Below are positions 29,719-39,992 of a stretch of DNA of 64,000 nucleotides, piece by piece (position 1 is the stretch's first letter; each line of letters opens with the position of its first letter). The notes below the pieces were generated by a model. It did no database searches and was not told where the DNA came from. It was given only the letters and a program-made list of their open reading frames with translations. The stretch comes from Candidatus Bathyarchaeia archaeon (GTDB lineage Archaea > Thermoproteota > Bathyarchaeia > TCS64). Location of the stretch: positions 1 to 64,000 of the forward strand of contig JBEKDF010000011.1 in the NCBI GenBank assembly GCA_050014495.1, in the 5' to 3' direction. Both the position numbers and the translations under genes were made by a program.

Positions 29719-29734
29719 GTTCTAACATTAGAAC
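29719..29734. promoter_or_regulatory. palindrome GTTCTAA-CA-TTAGAAC, candidate operator
   Basis: Perfect 7-bp arms between the wHTH gene and the next ORF. Confidence 0.5.
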
Positions 29735-29767
29735 GGGTGTTCGGAAACCTAGCATTAAGAGAGCCGG

Positions 29768-30262
29768 ATGGAGATGAATAGTTTGACAGCGATGAGGACA
29801 AGCATATACGTGATATTTGCAGTGATCGTAGGAGTGATGCTAGTGGGGATGCTCCCGGGGCAGCTGTCTAACATAGCCTCATCGACTATTATGCAAACAA
29901 ACTCCCTCAAATCCGGGAGCGCACCCGAATATACACTGAATAAGACCTCAGCGACTGGAAATACAGTGATCAGTGGGAGGAACTCCAACTCTACTTCACA
30001 AGTTACTCCATTGACACCGACCAACTCCTCATTGGCTAAAATATCACAATCGAATAGTACAGCGACTACAGCAACTAGTTCGACAACAAGTTCAAATAGT
30101 ACCACAAGGAGCTCAGCCGACGCAGCTTCTCCAGCCACTGCAAATGCGGGAACGAAAATTAACGTGAATTCGTACTCAGATCTAGGCTACTACGCCCTTT
30201 GGGCGGTTGGCCTTTTCATCGCTTTAGCAGTTTACTTTGTATCAAAGAGAGTGCTAGGATAA
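29768..30262 (+). CDS. Ser/Thr-rich membrane protein (N- and C-terminal TM)
   Basis: Hydrophobic ends with low-complexity S/T/N linker. Confidence 0.7.
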   Translation: MEMNSLTAMRTSIYVIFAVIVGVMLVGMLPGQLSNIASSTIMQTNSLKSGSAPEYTLNKTSATGNTVISGRNSNSTSQVTPLTPTNSSLAKISQSNSTATTATSSTTSSNSTTRSSADAASPATANAGTKINVNSYSDLGYYALWAVGLFIALAVYFVSKRVLG

Positions 30263-31138
30263 GCGCCTAACCCCCTCGCGTACTTTCTCCGCTCGTTCAA
30301 ATAGCTCCGATCTACCTATCTTAATTATTGGTCCAACTGTCTCCACGATGGCGGATGCGGCCGCTGAACCAAGAGCAGCGCACCACTCCACATCCTCCCC
30401 CGAGGAATAGGCAGCGAAAAAGCCAGCGATGAAAGCGTCCCCCGCCCCAGTCGGGTCAACCATCTCACCTGCATAGGCAGGTACAATCATTCTCCCTCTC
30501 TCGTATCTGATGCGTGATCCCTCATCGCCTCGTGTCTCTATTGCGACCCTTACACCGAGTCCAAACAGCTTGTCAAGTCCTTCCCAGCCCCACTCCCCAG
30601 ATACGAGGTGCAACTCTCTCTCCGAGGCCTTGAACACGGATACACGTCTCAGAAGATCAGAGTCATGCCATGGCTGTAGGTATATCTTGCCCCCAGGTTC
30701 AAGTCTCCTGACGAATCCCTGCGGGTCAAGGGCAAGGACCCGAGACTTCAGTGCTTGAAGTGTCTCCACCGGAATCTCCTGGACTATAGGAGCGAGTATC
30801 GTGACATCAGACAACCCCTCGATGTCCTCGGGCTCGATGGGTGTACAGAGGCTATCATAGCCGAGGCCTCTCTCTGGGTCCGTATAGTCGAGTACGAATC
30901 TCGTAGTCTTGGCCGATTGAACAATTGAGTCTCGGATGTCTAAGCCACTTGCAGCCAAATCCGAGGCATACTCATCAGGGAAGTCCCCACCCACCTTTGT
31001 CACAACTTTCAGTCGAACGTCCAGGAGGTGCGTAATCAGAGAAACATAAGTGGGTGGTCCTCCGAGCTGCTGCCTCTCACCGTCGTTTGTTATTATCCTG
31101 TCTATTGCGACATGGCCGATGACTGCAATAGGCTCCAC
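30254..31138 (-). CDS. PfkB family carbohydrate kinase
   Basis: LGGPPTY, DPTGAGDAF. Confidence 0.9.
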   Translation of the reverse strand: MEPIAVIGHVAIDRIITNDGERQQLGGPPTYVSLITHLLDVRLKVVTKVGGDFPDEYASDLAASGLDIRDSIVQSAKTTRFVLDYTDPERGLGYDSLCTPIEPEDIEGLSDVTILAPIVQEIPVETLQALKSRVLALDPQGFVRRLEPGGKIYLQPWHDSDLLRRVSVFKASERELHLVSGEWGWEGLDKLFGLGVRVAIETRGDEGSRIRYERGRMIVPAYAGEMVDPTGAGDAFIAGFFAAYSSGEDVEWCAALGSAAASAIVETVGPIIKIGRSELFERAEKVREGVRRLS

Positions 31139-31174
31139 GCCTAAGAGACGGATTTAGAAGATAAAAAGAGGAGA

Positions 31175-32053
31175 CTAGAGGAAGAGCCTCTTCCCGTTAG
31201 CGTCGAGGAGGTTCTTCCTCCGAGTGTCGGTCTCTCCCTGGAGGAAGTCAATCTGCTCGGGGGACATTCCCCTGAATCTGCCCTGAGCATCAAGATATTC
31301 CCTCACCGGCTTCTGCTCCGACCGGCTGTTCACCTTCAGGATGTTCGCCTCTATCTCGTAAAGAGGCCATACCCAGGTGTCGACGCCTAACTTAGTAACC
31401 TCTATTGCCTTAGCTGGGTCGAATCGCCAACCCGTGGGGCACGGGATGACTGTGTGGATATACTTGAAGCCCTTGATCTCCTTCGCTTTCCTGAGTTTAG
31501 CCTTGAGGTCGTTTGGGTAAGCGACGCTGGCAGTAGCTACATATGGTGGCTTGTGAGCCGCGATGATCATAGGTATATCCTTCTTCATCGCCTCCTTCCC
31601 TCTCGGTGTCGTCGTCGTCCAAGCCCCGAAGGGTGTAAGCCCACTTTTCTGTATACCAGTGTTCATGTAGGCCTCATTATCGACACAGATCTGAATCATA
31701 TTCTCGTTTCGCTCCGCTGCGGCGCTGACCTTCCCTAAGCTGATGTCTCCGATGCTACCGTCGCCTGCGCTGCTGACGACCGTGATGTCTTCCCTACCCT
31801 TAGCGCGAAGACCCGCCACTATGCCCGTGGCACCATCAGCAGCGAAGCTGAAATGAATGCTAAAATTGGGGAGTTTGATATTCCTGATAGCGCACATGGC
31901 GCAGGGGCCATCACCGTAGACAACAGTGTTTGAACCGACAGCGTCGAGGATCATCCTCCAGAGGAGAGGTCCTCCGCATCCAGGACAGCATGTTGTCCCG
32001 CCCTGTAGATGTACTCTGTCGTAATACTCATCGAACCGCTTATCTGTACTCAT
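31175..32053 (-). CDS. porB: 2-oxoacid:ferredoxin oxidoreductase beta subunit
   Basis: CPGCG, GDG...DNEAYMNTGIQ TPP motif, PCPTGW; substrate not determinable. Confidence 0.9.
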   Translation of the reverse strand: MSTDKRFDEYYDRVHLQGGTTCCPGCGGPLLWRMILDAVGSNTVVYGDGPCAMCAIRNIKLPNFSIHFSFAADGATGIVAGLRAKGREDITVVSSAGDGSIGDISLGKVSAAAERNENMIQICVDNEAYMNTGIQKSGLTPFGAWTTTTPRGKEAMKKDIPMIIAAHKPPYVATASVAYPNDLKAKLRKAKEIKGFKYIHTVIPCPTGWRFDPAKAIEVTKLGVDTWVWPLYEIEANILKVNSRSEQKPVREYLDAQGRFRGMSPEQIDFLQGETDTRRKNLLDANGKRLFL

Positions 32054-32054
32054 A

Positions 32055-33248
32055 TCACATCACCGGTCCGAGGTCATGGAACTCCACCCAATCCACGGCC
32101 TTCTTGAATTTGCCCGCCTTCGCGGCCCTAAGAGTCTGCTTAGCCATGTACTCAATCTGGTTCATAGTCACATCCGTACCACCTAACCCAACGTGAAAGT
32201 CCGCGATTACAGGCCGCTCGTCGATGTCGTAGAGAGCCCTAGCGAGGTCCGTCGCTACAATGCCCCCACCAGCGGAGCCAAAGCTTGTGTTCCTGTCAGC
32301 AACTCCTATTGCCTTATACTTCTTCGCAATCCTCCTTAGCTCCTCTCTTGGGAATGGTCGGAAGCAACGGAGCTTGATGAGACCTATCTTCTTTCCATTC
32401 GCCCTCATCTCGTCGACAACGTCGCGGGCTGTGCCCGTCATGCTTCCCATCGTCATGAGGACGGCGTCGGCGTCCTTACATTGATACTCCTCTATCATGC
32501 CATCATAATACCTGCCGAAGCGTTTTTTCCAGTCCTTTTCGACCTCCTCTATGACTGCCTTCGCAGTCTCCTGAGCCTGCTGCACCTCATAGCGCGCCTT
32601 TGCCATGTTGGTTTCCCTCCCATGCATACGGAAGTCCTCGGGTAAGAGACTGTACCACTCGTGCTTGTAGGGTGGAAGGAAGTCATCGACCTCACTTTGG
32701 TCAGGGACATTTGTGGGGGTTGCTGTTGCGGAGACGAAGTATCCATCGTAGCAAGTAGCTACCGGTAGGTAGACCCTTTTATCCTCTCCAATTCTATAAC
32801 CCATTATGATAGTATCCAGGACCTCCTGGCTATCTTCGCAGTAGAGCTGTATCCAGCCCGTATCGCGTTGGAGCATGGAGTCCATGTGGTCAGGGCGCAG
32901 TGTGCCGAGTGGGGCAATACTACGGTTAACTATACACATCCCTATGGGAAGGCGCATACCAGGAGGCATCCAGAAAGGCTCCTCCATGAATAATATTCCC
33001 TGGCTACTGCTGGCAGTGAAGACGCGAGCTCCCGTGACGGATGCACCAATAGCCGCTGCCATCGCAGTGTGCTCTCCCTCCACCTTGATGTACTCCGCCT
33101 TCATCTTCCCGTCCGCTATCATCGAAGCTAAGCTACTAATTAGCTCAGTCTGTGGGGTTATCGGGTACGCGGGAATGACCTCGGCTCGACTGAGCTTAGC
33201 GCTCCAGGCCGCTGCTTCGTTTCCCTCCATCATCCTTGTAAAGCTCAT
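32055..33248 (-). CDS. porA: 2-oxoacid:ferredoxin oxidoreductase alpha subunit
   Basis: AYPITPQT, EGEH, ASSSQG, FRPFP. Confidence 0.9.
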   Translation of the reverse strand: MSFTRMMEGNEAAAWSAKLSRAEVIPAYPITPQTELISSLASMIADGKMKAEYIKVEGEHTAMAAAIGASVTGARVFTASSSQGILFMEEPFWMPPGMRLPIGMCIVNRSIAPLGTLRPDHMDSMLQRDTGWIQLYCEDSQEVLDTIIMGYRIGEDKRVYLPVATCYDGYFVSATATPTNVPDQSEVDDFLPPYKHEWYSLLPEDFRMHGRETNMAKARYEVQQAQETAKAVIEEVEKDWKKRFGRYYDGMIEEYQCKDADAVLMTMGSMTGTARDVVDEMRANGKKIGLIKLRCFRPFPREELRRIAKKYKAIGVADRNTSFGSAGGGIVATDLARALYDIDERPVIADFHVGLGGTDVTMNQIEYMAKQTLRAAKAGKFKKAVDWVEFHDLGPVM

Positions 33249-33251
33249 AAC

Positions 33252-33458
33252 TTACCCCTCCTCCCTCACCATCTCGATCGCCTTAACTCTGCATTCATTT
33301 GCACAGACGCCACAACCCTTGCAGAAGCGGTAGTCAAATAATATCCCTTCATCGGTGAGTATGACTGTACCCTCGGGGCAATATGTCTGGCAGAGACCAC
33401 ACTTAACACACTTCTTTTGATCGACTGTGGGCCTGAAGCTACGAACAATACTACTCAC
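33252..33458 (-). CDS. porD: 2-oxoacid:ferredoxin oxidoreductase delta subunit
   Basis: CVKCGLCQTYCP, CKGCGVCANEC. Confidence 0.9.
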   Translation of the reverse strand: MSSIVRSFRPTVDQKKCVKCGLCQTYCPEGTVILTDEGILFDYRFCKGCGVCANECRVKAIEMVREEG

Positions 33459-33460
33459 AG

Positions 33461-34015
33461 CTAAGCCTCCCTCACGGCCTCCCAGCCACGCTTACACGCC
33501 TTAATATTTAGCTCCCCGACCTTGCCGGGGAGCTGATGAATTATTGGCTCGGTCAGAGACTCAAGTTTTATCCAGCCAGTCGACTTAGCAATGGCACCAA
33601 GCATAGGCGTATTTACTATAGGAATGGCACGGACACCGAAGACCTCTGCACTTATCCCCGTCGCATCTAGTGTTGCAACCTTCTCAAGTTTGACTCCCAG
33701 ATCGATCTCCTCTGGCTTTAATTCATCGTTGAGGATGGCGACACCCCCTTTCTTGAGGCCCGCCCTGACAAAGGGCTGACTCTTAAGGGTAGGGTCGAGA
33801 ATAATCAAGGAGTCGGGCTCGTAAATGCCACAAGTCCGCCTTATCGGCTTATCGTCGAGTCGAAGGAAGACTGTGACATCCCCTCCACGTCGAGCACCCC
33901 CATACATTGGGATCTTCTGGGCGTACTTTCCCTCGCTGAATGCGGCCTCAGCGAGTATCAGGGCTCCCATAACAGCGCCCTGTCCACCCATCCCGTGGAA
34001 TCTGATCTCATTCAA
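33461..34015 (-). CDS. porG: 2-oxoacid:ferredoxin oxidoreductase gamma subunit
   Basis: EIRFHGMGGQG, NTPMLGA. Confidence 0.9.
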   Translation of the reverse strand: MNEIRFHGMGGQGAVMGALILAEAAFSEGKYAQKIPMYGGARRGGDVTVFLRLDDKPIRRTCGIYEPDSLIILDPTLKSQPFVRAGLKKGGVAILNDELKPEEIDLGVKLEKVATLDATGISAEVFGVRAIPIVNTPMLGAIAKSTGWIKLESLTEPIIHQLPGKVGELNIKACKRGWEAVREA

Positions 34016-34211
34016 TAGCAGGACCTCATAACGTGGTTCTTGATTGACGTGAACTCCGAATAAGCTTTACCGATGGATCATGCGAAATCTGGGGTGGAGG
34101 GACATCCTCTCGACGGTTAGCCGACCATAACCATTGAGACGAATTTGGTTTACCCTCCCCCTTCTAGTAACCGATAAAAACCGGGGTTGCCACCGATCTC
34201 ATTGTGATATT

Positions 34212-34760
34212 ATGGTTAGAACGATGACCGAGTCATACCTAATAAGCGCTTTCTGCGGAGAGAGCCAAGCCCACATGAGATACCTTATATTCGCCAAGAG
34301 GGCAGCGGAGTCCGGCTTCCCAAACATAAGCCGCCTCTTCACCGCCGTATCTCACGCGGAGAGGATACACGCGGGAAATCACTACCGAAACATAGTGACC
34401 AAGGGAGCCCAGACCACAGTCGGAGGAGCCCTATTCGGCAGCAGATCCACAGTCGAGGACCTACAGCACGGCATCGACGGGGAGAACCACGAGGTAAATG
34501 AGATGTACCCCGCCTATATGGCTGTAGCTAAGGACCAGAAGGAATACGGCGCCGAGGTAACATTCCGATACGCTTGGGAAGCGGAGAAGACACACGCGGG
34601 GCTCTATACCCGTGCCAAGGAGGCAGCTGAGCAGAAGAAGGACGCCGACTTCAAACAAATAGGCGTCTGCGAGGTCTGCGGATGGACAACGGAGGGAGAG
34701 ATACCCGACCAATGCCCAGTATGTAAAGCGAAGAAGGACAAGTTCACGATCTTCGCATAA
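34212..34760 (+). CDS. rbr: rubrerythrin
   Basis: GESQA, ERIH, EMYP, EKTH, CEVCG...CPVC. Confidence 0.92.
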   Translation: MVRTMTESYLISAFCGESQAHMRYLIFAKRAAESGFPNISRLFTAVSHAERIHAGNHYRNIVTKGAQTTVGGALFGSRSTVEDLQHGIDGENHEVNEMYPAYMAVAKDQKEYGAEVTFRYAWEAEKTHAGLYTRAKEAAEQKKDADFKQIGVCEVCGWTTEGEIPDQCPVCKAKKDKFTIFA

Positions 34761-34770
34761 CCAACAAATC

Positions 34771-35235
34771 CTACCTTGAGACTACCATGTACTTTTGGAA
34801 AAGTTCCAAGTACTCCTCGAATGCTGCATTGTCCTGATCCATTAAGTTCGAGAGGGCTTGAAGAGTGGAGTGATGCCTCTTTTCGTCCTCCAGGATGTAC
34901 TGGATCACTGCCTTAACCCTCTTATCCTTCGCTTCCCGCGCCATGACCCCGACCCGTGACAGCATATCAGCCTCAACCCTGATGTGTTGTTTTATATCTT
35001 GGTGGAGGTCGACTGCAGTGCCCATGTCTATATCCATGGAGGCGGGAATCTCACCCCCCTTTACGTCGATGAGGGCTTGACAGAGGGCAGCATGCTTCTG
35101 GCTATCCAGAACTATGCTCTCCAACAGGGCCGCAACTATCTTGTTCTGAGCCTTCGCCACGCTCGGCTTTAGCTCCTTGACATGACTCAACTCTATCTTC
35201 TTTTGCTCCTTGAGCAGCTCGACTAGATTCGACAT
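34771..35235 (-). CDS. ferritin-like four-helix protein
   Basis: DSQKH, HIRVE, DEKRHH. Confidence 0.75.
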   Translation of the reverse strand: MSNLVELLKEQKKIELSHVKELKPSVAKAQNKIVAALLESIVLDSQKHAALCQALIDVKGGEIPASMDIDMGTAVDLHQDIKQHIRVEADMLSRVGVMAREAKDKRVKAVIQYILEDEKRHHSTLQALSNLMDQDNAAFEEYLELFQKYMVVSR

Positions 35236-35279
35236 AATTTCTTGTAGGGTATACGAGATAAAAAATGATGCCCCGAGGA

Positions 35280-35852
35280 TCAGCATGTATTCGGCTTTGT
35301 TATTATCTCCTTAACATAGAGGTCGAACATGTCGTTAAGGTGGGCGGGTTTAATAACGACGGATGTGTCCGCACCCCTTCCTGAGCCAGCGATAGCCACG
35401 ACGTCTCCAGTCATCGGTATCATTCCTGAGTCAGCAGCCATGAACGTGATCTCTACACAGACCTTCATTCCCTGCCCAAAGAGGCGAAGCACACTTGCAA
35501 TAAGCTCCGCGGGTCCAAGTGTGCTGAACTTCCTGTTAATGGCTCGGCTCACCCCAGCGAACGCATGGCCAGTCACGAGTATCTTTCCGCCTAATGCCCT
35601 GATCTTAGCCTGCACTTCCTCGGGCATCTCGTTACGCCCCGGCTCTTTGAAGCCCTGGCTGTGAGCAACAACGACAAGCTTGTATCCCTTGAAGAAATCT
35701 GCTGCTAGGAGTCCTACGTTACCTCTGGTGGAGGCTACTAGTATGTCCTTGATACCTAGTTCGTCTGCTCTCCTCTTAGCCGCCTCAAACGTGGGGAGCG
35801 TGTTTTCCTCCCCAAGTTTATCATAATAGATTATCTTCTTCTCCAATCCCAA
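35280..35852 (-). CDS. pyruvate kinase alpha/beta domain protein (MTH1675-like)
   Basis: VASTRG, FGQGMKVCVEI, GRGADT. Confidence 0.85.
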   Translation of the reverse strand: MGLEKKIIYYDKLGEENTLPTFEAAKRRADELGIKDILVASTRGNVGLLAADFFKGYKLVVVAHSQGFKEPGRNEMPEEVQAKIRALGGKILVTGHAFAGVSRAINRKFSTLGPAELIASVLRLFGQGMKVCVEITFMAADSGMIPMTGDVVAIAGSGRGADTSVVIKPAHLNDMFDLYVKEIITKPNTC

Positions 35853-36011
35853 AGCTATACACCAATACTCGCTGCAGTTAGGAAAGATAAACTAGTTTCG
35901 GGTTTGATTCTGACTAAATTAAATAATGGTGTCAGAAAATATTACTAAACTCTCTGAATTCAACCCCATAATAATAAGAAACACTGAGCCACAATACACC
36001 TTTGAACCCCC

Positions 36012-37274
36012 TTGGTCGAATGTTGGCTCCCTTACGGGGGCACCGAAGTCTATGTCACAGTTGACATGAGAGACTTACTCAGTATAGCTGAACCAGTGAG
36101 GCAAGAGCCTCAACTTAACGCGAGAGAGGTCGTCTCCAGGGCCTTGGCCGAACCACGTGGCTCTAAAAAGCTAGAGGACATGGTCGGCTCAGACTGCACG
36201 GTGTCCATCGCATTAGAGGGAACGACTATGCCCGCTAACGCAGTGGCGGCAATCGCCCCAATCGTCACTCAACTCGTCAATCTCATCATTCCAAGAGATA
36301 AAATAACAATAATCGTCGCCAATGGAATCCGTCAGAATAGTGCGAGAGAACTCCTCAAGGCTTTGAGGGTGTCTGACGACCTCAAGGGTGTGAACCTAAT
36401 CGAACATACAAGTTCAACAACCTCCCTCGCAAACTTGGGGGAAACTAAACAGAGGACCCCTCTCACGATCAACAAAGCGTACATAGAAGCGAAAGTGAAG
36501 ATAGCTGTCGGAGAGGTAGAGACAGACGGCTACACTGGCTTCACAGGAGCTCATACTGCGATTCTACCCGGCCTCGCATCGATAGAGACGGTTGAAGCTC
36601 ACAGGAGGCTCGTGCTGAAAGGGGACGTGAAGCCAGGTGTCGTCGAGCTTAATCATTTGAAGGAGGACGCCCTCGAAGCAGCGAAGATCGCCGGGTGCGA
36701 CCTCGCTATCCAACTAGTCACTAACTCCCATGGGAAGCTACTCTCCGCATTCGCGGGAGCCCTAGAAGAAACTTGGGGACAGGCCATCTATTCACTTGGG
36801 GCGAGTTACCAGATCAACGCCGAGGCTGGGGCTGACATCGTCGTAGTTAGTGCGGGAGGCGCCAAGCATGATTACACCCTCTACTCATCATCCTATGCGC
36901 TCCAATGGCCAACCAGGCTAGTTAAGAAAGGTGGTGCTATCATACTTCTAGCTGAGTGCCCTGAGGGTCTCGGAGCCGAGACCTTCACCAGCCTTGCTCA
37001 GGTTGAGCAGCAGTCAGAACTGGAGAGGCGCTACGCCCTTGGTGCAGAGGCACTACAATTGCTCAAGGCAGCGACGGCTAAAAGCGAGGTATTCATCGTC
37101 TCCAGCCTCCCTAGATACATGATTGAACCCCTTGGTGTCACAGTTGCTAGGACAGGGAACGATGCTTACTCGAAGGCCGTCGAGGGGAGGAGGGGGCGTC
37201 GCACGCTCGTCATCCCATACGGCTGCTCCACCGTACCCGTAGGGACCCCTGCAACCACACAAAGTCCACAATAG
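36012..37274 (+). CDS. LarA (lactate racemase)-like protein with divergent active site
   Basis: WLPYG start, GFTGA...ILPG, ADIVVVSAGG, AECPEGLG. Confidence 0.8.
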   Translation: MVECWLPYGGTEVYVTVDMRDLLSIAEPVRQEPQLNAREVVSRALAEPRGSKKLEDMVGSDCTVSIALEGTTMPANAVAAIAPIVTQLVNLIIPRDKITIIVANGIRQNSARELLKALRVSDDLKGVNLIEHTSSTTSLANLGETKQRTPLTINKAYIEAKVKIAVGEVETDGYTGFTGAHTAILPGLASIETVEAHRRLVLKGDVKPGVVELNHLKEDALEAAKIAGCDLAIQLVTNSHGKLLSAFAGALEETWGQAIYSLGASYQINAEAGADIVVVSAGGAKHDYTLYSSSYALQWPTRLVKKGGAIILLAECPEGLGAETFTSLAQVEQQSELERRYALGAEALQLLKAATAKSEVFIVSSLPRYMIEPLGVTVARTGNDAYSKAVEGRRGRRTLVIPYGCSTVPVGTPATTQSPQ

Positions 37275-37294
37275 AAGATGTTAAACATTCTCCC

Positions 37295-38413
37295 CTAAGT
37301 CTGGAGCAGAATGATCAACGATAAACCCATGAGTATGATATAACCGATGAAGCCGAGTTTACGAGTCAGGCTAGTCGGTGAGACATCGTCGAGGGGAGCC
37401 ATCGATTCTGTCCCCTCCCTCATTAAGAAAAATGCTATAATCACAGCCATGATCACATAGCCCGAAATAAGTAAGAGAAAGATTCCAGTGATGGATATGA
37501 TCTTATGCGTCTCCCTCCCGAAGAGGGACCTGATTATGTGTCCACCATCTAGCTGCCAGCTTGGGACGAGGTTAACGAATGTTAGGAGAAAGCCCACCCA
37601 GGCTGCGAAGCATAGCGGATGAAGGACGAGAATGGTATCCTTTGCTACTGGTCTTATGTAATCTGAGATCATCTGTAGGGCGATTGGCATTGGTATTTGT
37701 TGGAACCTAATCTCTGGGTAGGCGACAGCCCAGTCGGAGACTTGACTGAGGGGCACAGTGAATGATAGCGCCATCCCGATGATCCCGATCACTATGGATG
37801 CGATGAACCCAAAGAACGGTCCCGAAATCCCAAGGTCAAACAGGTCATCCCGGTTCGTTGGAGGTTCATCCTGGCTTATCACCGCCCCAAATGTCCCCCC
37901 TAACCCAGGTGGGGCGGGTATGAAGAAGGGCCAGGACGCACGAACCCCCCTCCTCTCCGACGCTAGCTTGTGGCCGAGCTCATGGATGCCAAAGACGACC
38001 AGTATGCCTACGGTGAATATTAGAGCGTTTAGGAAGACGGGTGTCCCCACCATTAGGACCTGCGTCAATACTGGGTTGTTACTTCTTAGATAGCCATCTA
38101 GGAAAACGGTCCCTATAGTCACCACGAAGAGGATGCGATTCCTCACGCTGCTTCTATTGACCTCCGCTGGCCTTGGCGTTAGAGTTACATAGTACCTGCC
38201 GACTATCCACCTGAACTCGGCTAGGTAACCCATAGGCCTCAGCTTATCCGCTAGGCTCCTGAAAGCCACCTTTAGGACGCGTTGCTTGTCCCCTGGCGTC
38301 TTCTGTGAAACGATATAGTTCGGCGTCTCTCTGTCTTTAAAACGCTCCTCGACAACGAATAGGGACTCGATGAGGCCATCGATCTCAGCACTGACCAGAT
38401 AATCCTCCGACAA
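37295..38413 (-). CDS. site-2 protease (M50) intramembrane metalloprotease
   Basis: HELGH, ISGP, NLVPSWQLDGGH. Confidence 0.92.
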   Translation of the reverse strand: MSEDYLVSAEIDGLIESLFVVEERFKDRETPNYIVSQKTPGDKQRVLKVAFRSLADKLRPMGYLAEFRWIVGRYYVTLTPRPAEVNRSSVRNRILFVVTIGTVFLDGYLRSNNPVLTQVLMVGTPVFLNALIFTVGILVVFGIHELGHKLASERRGVRASWPFFIPAPPGLGGTFGAVISQDEPPTNRDDLFDLGISGPFFGFIASIVIGIIGMALSFTVPLSQVSDWAVAYPEIRFQQIPMPIALQMISDYIRPVAKDTILVLHPLCFAAWVGFLLTFVNLVPSWQLDGGHIIRSLFGRETHKIISITGIFLLLISGYVIMAVIIAFFLMREGTESMAPLDDVSPTSLTRKLGFIGYIILMGLSLIILLQT

Positions 38414-38511
38414 GTCCCTCAGTTCTTCCTACATCAGAGGCACTAAAAAGCCTTGTAGGGTAATCCGACGTGTTTAAATTCGCGTTGCTCTGATTGAAAG
38501 GAGAATCGGGG

Positions 38512-39012
38512 ATGAGCCAAGGCTTCACACTCAGGACTTTCAGGGGGGAGGACCTGAACAGGGTCATGGCCATAAACTTTGAGTGCCTTCCAGAGAACTA
38601 TAGCAGCAGCTTCTATAGGGAGCTGTTCAGCCGTTTCCCTGAGACCTTCATCGTCGCTGAGGCAGATAATGAAATACAGGGCTACATAATGTGTCGTGTA
38701 GAGCGTGGCTTCAGTAAGCTTCGCAGCCTCAGCCCAGCACGACTCCTACACGTCGTATCTATAGCAGTGAGGGAGCCTTACAGACGCAGAGGTATAGCTA
38801 AGGCACTCATGTTCGAGGCTATGAACAGGGGACCAGCAACCTACGAGACGACCGAGTGTTTCCTCGAGGTGCGTGTTGGGAACGAACCCGCCGTGAAGCT
38901 CTACGAGAGGCTTGGCTTCACGAAGACTAAAAGGAATTACGGATACTACCTCGACGGGGAGGATGCGTGGGTAATGTCTCTCCCCCTCGCGGGCAAGGGG
39001 AAACTTCAATAG
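38512..39012 (+). CDS. N-terminal acetyltransferase (Ard1/RimI-like GNAT)
   Basis: LPENY, HVVSIAV, RRRGIA, LEVRVGN, YYLDGEDA. Confidence 0.92.
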   Translation: MSQGFTLRTFRGEDLNRVMAINFECLPENYSSSFYRELFSRFPETFIVAEADNEIQGYIMCRVERGFSKLRSLSPARLLHVVSIAVREPYRRRGIAKALMFEAMNRGPATYETTECFLEVRVGNEPAVKLYERLGFTKTKRNYGYYLDGEDAWVMSLPLAGKGKLQ

Positions 39013-39044
39013 ACCCCTCAACACAGCCCTTCATGGTGGAATAG

Positions 39045-39212
39045 GTGGACATAATCCTCGTATACACCATCCTCATCTACGTGGCCGCAATAGCTATGTT
39101 AGGCATATTTGCGATGTTCACAATCAAGCTAATCAAGCAACACTACGACATCTACCCCCTCCTCTATGACCTGGAGGAAGCGGAGAAAAAGAAGAATCGT
39201 GGCGAAGACTGA
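39045..39212 (+). CDS. 55-aa single-TM microprotein
   Basis: MDIILVYTILIYVAAIAMLGIFAMFTIKLIKQHYDIYPLLYDLEEAEKKKNRGED read manually; fills the gap between co-oriented genes. Confidence 0.6.
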   Translation: MDIILVYTILIYVAAIAMLGIFAMFTIKLIKQHYDIYPLLYDLEEAEKKKNRGED

Positions 39213-39273
39213 AGGTGTATGCTTTTTTCGGTAAAGTATTTAGGTTTCAAGCCTACAGGGGCTAGAGATTGAC

Positions 39274-39777
39274 ATGGGGGACAAGACGCTCATACCCTGG
39301 CGAGAGGTCGCCAGTTGGCAGTGCAGAGCATGCGGAAACTGCTGTGTCGGTTACCGAGTCCCCCTGAGGATGGATGAGTTCGTCAAGGTCGGGAGCGCCT
39401 GCGGGCAAGGTGTTTTCGAGTACGGCACCGGGAAAGTCTATCTTAGAAACGGACCAGATCGCCGATGCGTACTACAGCGTCCACTTATGGATAGGTGGAT
39501 ATGCACTATCCAGGGGATGAAACCGACGGCTTGCCGCCTCTTCCCCTTCCGCATACAACATAAACCAGTTTACCCCCGCGGAGACAACAGCGCCTACAGG
39601 CTCGGGGACAAGATTTACTACATCTATTTAGATCCAGATTGCGAGGGTATTGTACCGGGCCAGCCGACTGAGAGGTTTGCTAAACAGGTGCTCCCCGAGA
39701 TTATTAGGAGTGGCTTTGGCATGGCACAGAAGCAGAGGTTCACCACATCCAGATATATATCATGGACGCCTCCATGA
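39274..39777 (+). CDS. YkgJ-family cysteine cluster protein
   Basis: CRACGNCC, CTIQGMKPTACRLFPF. Confidence 0.85.
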   Translation: MGDKTLIPWREVASWQCRACGNCCVGYRVPLRMDEFVKVGSACGQGVFEYGTGKVYLRNGPDRRCVLQRPLMDRWICTIQGMKPTACRLFPFRIQHKPVYPRGDNSAYRLGDKIYYIYLDPDCEGIVPGQPTERFAKQVLPEIIRSGFGMAQKQRFTTSRYISWTPP

Positions 39778-39992
39778 ATCCAATTTCTAAAAGTTTAACT
39801 CATAATGAACCTGTTAAGAGGCGGATTTTTTGATCGGTGTTGTTTTCTCTTCTCCAACAATTTACAGATGCGTCAACATTATGGGACATTATTTAATCAT
39901 AGCAAACAAAATAGGCTTAGATCTCTATAAAAATACCACTGCAGTTGCACTCGGGGTACAACACAGATGCTATAATCACCGAAGATAGTTGT

